Of a stretch of 64,000 nucleotides of DNA, positions 56,771-64,000 are shown piece by piece (position 1 is the stretch's first letter; every line of letters begins with the position of its first letter). Made by a program: the position numbers and the translations under genes. Source of the DNA: Eledone cirrhosa (taxonomy: Eukaryota); assembly GCA_964016885.1 (NCBI GenBank), contig OZ024744.1:87730001-87794000 (forward strand), read 5' to 3'. The notes below the pieces were generated by a model. It was not told the DNA's origin. It searched no databases and worked only from the letters and a program-made list of their open reading frames with translations.

Positions 56771-57770
56771 GTGTGTGTGTGTACGCGCTTGTGTGTGTAG
56801 CTGTTTTAAAATATATTCTATAGATATATATTATCTTAGCTGTATTTACTATTGTTCACCTCCATTTATCTTAACGTTTTCATTCTTACCTCTTCCCTCT
56901 TTTTTTTTATTTCCTTTCATCGTTTAATTTTTCTCCATATTATTTTTCTATCTTTCATTCTTCATTTCTCCCTCTTAAATGTTTTTTAGCTCTCTTTTTT
57001 CTTTTCTTTCATTATTATTTGTTTAATTCTTTGTGAAACCTGATTAAAGTATTCTTAATTTGTCTCGGCATACAATTATACATCTATTTTGCATTTTTTT
57101 AAAAATCGTTTATTTTATCTTCATTACTACATTTCTTTCATTGTATTTATTATTATTTTTATTATCATTCTTCTTCTTTTTTTTTTTTTGCTAGATATGT
57201 TAATATTCTTATTGTTATTCCTTCAGTAATCTTATATTTCTCTCACTTTCCATGATTTTGCGCACACATTGTAATTCAAACTGCCCTGCTCTGTCGAAAC
57301 AATCTGTCAATATCTGACAGATTACCTGATACAAATGGCGGCTTTGCAATTTTGTTCTATTTTTCATTTTGATATTTAATTTTTTTCTTCGTTCTTAACA
57401 TACTTTATTTATTTATTTATTTATATATATGCTTGTTTGTTTTGGTGTTCGAATCCAGTAACCCATTATATTTCGAAAACATATTCTGTACACATTCTTC
57501 ACCAAGATGTCTGGAATGGGCAAAACAAAATTTTTAAAATAGAAACACATGACCGAAAAGAAAATGAGTATATATGTATATATATATATATATATATATA
57601 ATTATACAAATATATATATAAATATATATATATATATATGTATTTAAGTATATATATATATATATATATAAATGTATATGTAAGTATACACACACATATA
57701 TACATATATATATATATATAAAAATATATATGTAAGTATACATATATATAAGTTTAGAAATATATATATA

Positions 57771-57806
<36 letters not shown>

Positions 57807-57863
57807 TATATATATAGATATATATATATATATAAAATATATATATATATATATATAAGTATA

Positions 57864-57894
<31 letters not shown>

Positions 57895-57911
57895 TTATAT
57901 ATATACGTGAA

Positions 57912-58128
57912 GGCGTGTGGCTGAGTGGTTAGAGAATTGGGTTCGCAATCGTAAGGTTGTGAGTTCGATTCCTGGAACAGGCGATGCGTTATGTCCTTGA
58001 GCAAGACACTTTATTTCACGTTGCTCCTTCTACCTGGAGTTGCGACCGATAGATAGTATTAGCAATTGGAAAGACCAACGGAAACATTGTTCCCTCGGTC
58101 CGATTTGACGAAAGTCGATCGTTCCTTT
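57912..58128 (+). mobile_element. tRNA-derived SINE (family 2)
   Basis: Near-identical to 9001-9218. Confidence 0.85.
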
Positions 58129-58129
58129 T

Positions 58130-58190
<61 letters not shown>

Positions 58191-58217
58191 TTATACTTTA
58201 TATCTTTGGTAACTTAT

Positions 58218-58266
<49 letters not shown>

Positions 58267-58731
58267 TATATATAAGTATATATATATATATGTATATAAG
58301 TATACATATATATATAAATATATATATATAATTATACATATATATATATATAAATACATATATATACATATATATAAGTATATATATATATATATATATA
58401 TGTATATGAGTATACACATATATATATATATATATAAGTATACATATATATATATATGTATATATAAGTATACATATATATATATATAAATATATATATA
58501 TAACTATACATATATATAAATATATATATATATAAATATAAATTTATCTATATATATGTATATATATATATATAAGTATACATATATATATATGTATATA
58601 AGTTTACATAACTATATAAATATATATATATATAAGTATACATATATATATGTATATAATTATACATATATATAAGTATATATATATATATATACTTATA
58701 TATATATATCTTATATATATAAGTATATATA

Positions 58732-58779
<48 letters not shown>

Positions 58780-58784
58780 TATAT

Positions 58785-59144
58785 ATAACAGCAGCTAACT
58801 CTCCCCCATATCACACCCCTCCCTACTGTCTAAAATTTAGAAAACACACATTAGACAACCATGCAGAACAACTCCATCGCAGCTTTTTTTGTTCGGCTGG
58901 CATCGTCTACGCGCGTATTGCGCAAGTACTGTGAAACAATATATTTCAACACTTCTTTGCACAGAGATAATATCCATAGGCGAAACTACAATTGTCACTG
59001 CTGGCGCAGCTCCTGCTTCAGCAGTCCAGGTCTGCAATTCATTCACCCTGTGCCTGGCAGACAAAAATGAGCTGCCATAAAATGCGTGGTGCAACCTAAC
59101 TTTGGTAACTTACTGACCCCGAGCAACGCCGGGCTTTAATGCTA

Positions 59145-59145
<1 letters not shown>
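58785..59145 (+). mobile_element. Helitron-type 3' end; 5' boundary uncertain
   Basis: cccgagcaacgccggg hairpin followed by CTAG|T. Confidence 0.6.
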
Positions 59146-59201
<56 letters not shown>

Positions 59202-59203
<2 letters not shown>

Positions 59204-61623
59204 CTATAACCCGGACTATCAACAAACCGAACCTCCATACCTCCGAAACTTGTATACAAGACCACCCAACAACAGGGGAATGCCATTAGATATAATAATA
59301 CCCATGAAAAAACAATTCAGAAAAATCTTTTTTTAGACCAAGGCTACTGGACCCACGACACCCGGTGGCACAATCCAATTTTCAAAAACCGAAAATAATC
59401 AACCTTTCAAATACAAACTTCTCAGCCCAACAAATTATAATTCTCTCCAAAGGACTGAAATTCACACCAACACCACAATACTCTAACCTCAATGAGATAA
59501 ATGACGATATCTCACATTTCTGTAGAAAATTACGTCTCATAGAGGAATTTTTTGACAAGGAGAATAACGACCAATCAATTGTACGGATTAAAAGTAGCTA
59601 CAACCCAACAAAGGGTAGAAACAGAGTTCTGGACAAATTTTGTGACCACATAACAACTTTCCCATACCATGAACTACCGCAACCTAAACCTAAACCCAAT
59701 ACGAGTCGAAGGTAATGGGAGATTATCCATGAACTAAAAAACAATACGGACATTATAATTAAGAGACCGGACAAGGGAAGAACTGTCGTCATTATGGATG
59801 CTGAACAATATAAAAATTCTTTGTTATCTCTTACAAAATACTAACTACTATGAAAGAGTAAAAACCTATCAGTAATCAAAAACGATGAACAGATTAAACA
59901 CATTCATTTGTCGATACTAGGAAGACTTATCTAAAAAGGAACGCGGTTATTTAACACGTTTTGAATACTAAACCAGCAACCTTTACGGACTTCCGAAAAT
60001 CCAGAAGTGTAAAATAATCAACGATGCCTGTAAACAATCCACCTCAACCTGCGTGGACACACAATACCCCCAGACCTTAAATTAAGATCAATTGTAACGG
60101 GCCCACAATCTGAAACAGACAGACTAAGCAACTTTATAGACATAATACTAAAACCAATTCTCAAAGACATACCAAGCCTTGTATGAGACAATCTGGACCT
60201 CTTAAACCACCTCCCCAAACATGTCAACAACGACACTAATATTGTGTCTTTCGATGTAGTGAATCTTTACACAACGATCCCACACCTATACGGACTAGAA
60301 GCAATAGGATTCTGGCTAGAGAAATATCCCAATAAGATACCTGACAGAATAGAAAAAAGCTTCATCACCGAGGCATTAAAATTTATTTTACAGAACAACT
60401 TTTTTTGATTTCGATGGCAGTACTTACAAGCAAATATCGTGACTGCGATGGGTACAAAAGCCGCTCCAACTTATGCCAACTTAGTCATGGCATACTTGGA
60501 AGTCCAGATATAGGAACAGTCCAAAGCAAAATACGGATTGAATTTCCACAAATATTTATCAGTGAATTGGAAACGCTACTTGGATGATTGTCTCATTCTT
60601 TGGTCTCATACACTCGACCAACTAAATGATTTCAACAATTTAATTAATGGTATCAATAACCACATCCAATTCACAATGGAATACAGCCAAGAACAACTCC
60701 CATTTCTGGGCATCTTAATCTTAAAAAAGACATTGAAACTGACATACACTACAAAACAACAGATTCCAAATAATACCTGCTATTTACCTCCAACCATCCA
60801 AAGCACACGAAGACGAACACCCCTTTTAACCTAGCAAGAAGAATTTGCACAATTGTCTCCGATTATGAAACGCGAAATAAAAGACTTCTAGAATTAAAGG
60901 AAATTCTATTCGAAAGACAGTGCCCACCATTACTAATAAATAATGGAATAGAAAGAGCTAAAGCAATAGGCATTGATGAATTACGAAAACAAACAAATTC
61001 AAGGTACGTCCAATATTCTATCATATATCTCAACACACAACCCAAGAAATGCGGAAGCTTACAACACTATTTACAAGAACATCCCACTATTGGAACGAGA
61101 CCCAAGAATGAAAAAAGCACTTCAAACACACAAAATAATCAAAAGCAAAAGACAACCGAACTCACTAAAAACATTACTCACCAATGCCAAATTACCTACC
61201 ACAAACCCATAACCAACTGTCAACAAATGTGGTGGCTCTAATTGTGGAACCTGTACTCACCTCATTGAAGGCAACACGTATACATTTCAATCAGGACAAC
61301 ATTTTGCTGTAAAAAATCACTTCATTTGCTCATCAAAACATCTAATTTATGCCATTATATGTAAAGGATGCAATGAAGATTACATAGGACAAACTAAACT
61401 CACACTCAGAAACAGAATGTCAGTTCATCGCCAACAATTACGAGATCCAACCACGAGACAGACACCACTAAGTGCACATCTAGACATATGCGCAAGTAAT
61501 AAGACACCCAAATTCCAAGTCTTCCCATTTTATCTTTGCGCTGACAATACAACAGAACAAATACGAATAAATAAGGAAAATATATTTATTCAAAAATATA
61601 GACCAGCATTAAATATAATTTAA
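59202..61623 (+). mobile_element. Decayed Penelope-like element ORF (RT + Cys-rich linker + GIY-YIG; Neptune-like)
   Basis: IINLS..LSKGLKFTPTP, DKG, SFDVVNLYT, AMGTKAAPTYANL, WKRYLDDC, CGGSNCGTC, IYAIIC..C...YIGQT..L.NRMSVH; many stops and frameshifts. Confidence 0.93.
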
Positions 61624-62286
61624 TATACATTATGTCAACACCATAATATGCTAACCATCCAAACAGACACATACACACACACATAACACCTTCTACTTTA
61701 GAAAATAAAAACCACAACTAAATAAACCTTAACATACATTAATACTCTAACACCTTAACATGCTAACCACAGCCCCAAACACTCATAACTCCCTCCCCCA
61801 TTTCTACTAACGGAATCATTTCCCTACACACTAAAAATATATATATATATATATTCTCTCCATCTTAACATGCTAACCATACTCCCACACATACCTACAC
61901 ACACACATAACACCCATACACACACATAACACCCATTCACACACACAACTCCCTCCCCTATTTCTACTAATAGAGTCATTTTCCTACACACACACACAAA
62001 ATATATATATTCTCTCCATCTTAACATGATAACCATACTCCCACACACACATACACACACATAACACACACACACACACACACAATATATATATATATTC
62101 TCTCCATCTTAACATGCTAACACATACACACACACTCCCTCCCCCATTTCTACCAATAGATTCATCTTCCTACACACACACACACACACACACAAGCACC
62201 CAAATAAACATACATATATCTACTTTCTTTATATCAATAGAAAGTCTGAATTCTGACACCCCAGCGCACCAACCTTATTCACTGAA

Positions 62287-62625
62287 CCAGAACAATTCTC
62301 CCCATCCCATTTTTCTTGACCATTATCTTTTGTTTGGCACAAAGTTCTCTAAATGACTACAAAATGAATTCCAAAATACGAGCGCGAAATTTAATGTACT
62401 TGTTCACGTGACAGTTATAATTTCATTTATAACCAATCAAATTACATTTCAGCACATCAGTCATACTCAGAACAACTCTCTCCATCCGTTTTTTTCCCAT
62501 TATCTTTTGTTTGGAACAAAATTCTCTAAATGGCTATAACAAATGCCAAAATACGGGCGCGAAATTTAATGTACTTGTTCACGTGACAGTCATAATTTCA
62601 TTTATAACCAATCAAATTACATTTA
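62287..62625. repeat. ~181-bp tandem duplication in the region 3' of the Penelope-like ORF
   Basis: gcgcgaaatttaatgtacttgttcacgtgacag..ccaatcaaattacattt occurs twice. Confidence 0.8.
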
Positions 62626-63040
62626 TTTTAAAAAAAGCCTTCGTGAGCCACTTTTTTTTAAGTAAAAAGAAATTCAAACACAAACTGGTGCGGAAGCTGA
62701 TGTGCTTATTCACGTGACTGCATCAAACAACCAAACTTCACTTATATATGAAGAAACAACCTGAGACCCCCTCCCCCTTCGTTTGAAGAACTTTGTAACG
62801 CGAACTGGCGCGAAATTTATTATACTCATTCATCAACCAACCAAATTACTTCTCTAAAAACTGGCATCTCAATTCTACTTTTGAAAAGCAGAAGAACTGC
62901 GAAATAGGTAAAGGAACCAAATAAATATATATTTTAAAAAAAAAGACTCCAGTTGCATTTTAGATTTCATCTTCTTTCCTTATACTTTCACTCGTGTAGG
63001 ACACCTTGGTTATTTTTCATTTTGTAAAAAAAAACCTCAC

Positions 63041-63107
<67 letters not shown>

Positions 63108-63151
63108 AAGATATTAAATAAATGGAAACTATATTTATAAAACCATATTTA

Positions 63152-63211
63152 TTTTATTATATATATTTCAAGGGTACCAAGACAACATTGGTACGCTTTC
63201 ATCAGATAAAA
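63152..63211 (-). ncRNA. Type I hammerhead ribozyme (left arm)
   Basis: Reverse complement matches the 15270-15329 motif. Confidence 0.88.
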
Positions 63212-63337
63212 TACAAAGTTTGTTTTATATATAGAGACATACCCATGAAAATCATACCTTATGGGTTGGAAATTCACTGGATAGTGATAAGGTATGATTT
63301 TAATGGGTATGTCTCTATATATAAAACAAACTTTGTA

Positions 63338-63397
63338 TTTTATCTGATGAAAGCGTAGCAATGTTGTCTTGGTACCTTTGAAATATATATAATAAAA
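63338..63397 (+). ncRNA. Type I hammerhead ribozyme (right arm)
   Basis: ttttat CTGATGA aagcgtagcaa..ttggtaccttt GAAA tatata TA ataaaa. Confidence 0.86.
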
Positions 63398-63535
63398 TAA
63401 ATATGGTTTTATAAATATAGTTTCCATTTATTTAATATCATTGAATATTTACCCCAGTGCTTGTTGAGTGCTCTAAATCAGTTATAAACATTTATATTTG
63501 TCGGACTACCAACAAATTAAATAGCCCTTCTACTT

Positions 63536-63611
<76 letters not shown>

Positions 63612-63776
63612 GTGTGTGTGTAGTTGCTATTTAAGGTAACTTAAAATGCGGTGGGAATACGAAGAAAGGCAGAATAAGGAGGGAGGGGGACTTTTCCTCA
63701 TAAGTTGTCTACTGGGGTTCTAGGATATTTCTGCGTTTTAAAGACAAGATATGTATATATATATGTATATATATAT

Positions 63777-63854
<78 letters not shown>

Positions 63855-64000
63855 GGGTGTGTATGATTGTGTATAGAAGATTATATTAATAAAAGGAATT
63901 CCAACTTTGTTTGATTTACTCGTCTTATTTACAATCCTTTAAAATTATAATGATATTATAATGAAATAGTTTGGTAGAATATTAAATGTTAAGTGTTAAT

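Larger units (their letters stand above)
63110..63439. repeat. Near-perfect inverted repeat (~153-bp arms, ~24-nt spacer)
   Basis: The ORF track gives the same peptide start on both strands; the arms are reverse-complementary. Confidence 0.95.

Overview
AT-rich, microsatellite-laden eukaryotic DNA with no convincing host gene. The dominant tRNA-derived SINE resembles octopus/cephalopod SINEs (inference). Almost all listed ORFs are microsatellite read-through. Recognisable content: a near full-length L1/Tx1-like LINE stacked with two 3' fragments in (GATA)n, a decayed Penelope-like element (RT + GIY-YIG), RTE, CRE-like and Helitron fragments, non-autonomous Helitrons, hAT MITEs and many SINEs. 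The main observation is that the 489-bp tandem array at 1-5190 carries one minimal type I hammerhead ribozyme (HHR) per unit plus an octamer motif, so it looks like a retrozyme-type array. At least six further unrelated HHR families with intact cores, plus several decayed ones, are scattered through the window, often in partial tandem or inverted arrangements. All pairings and alignments were read by eye; nothing was folded, aligned or searched computationally.
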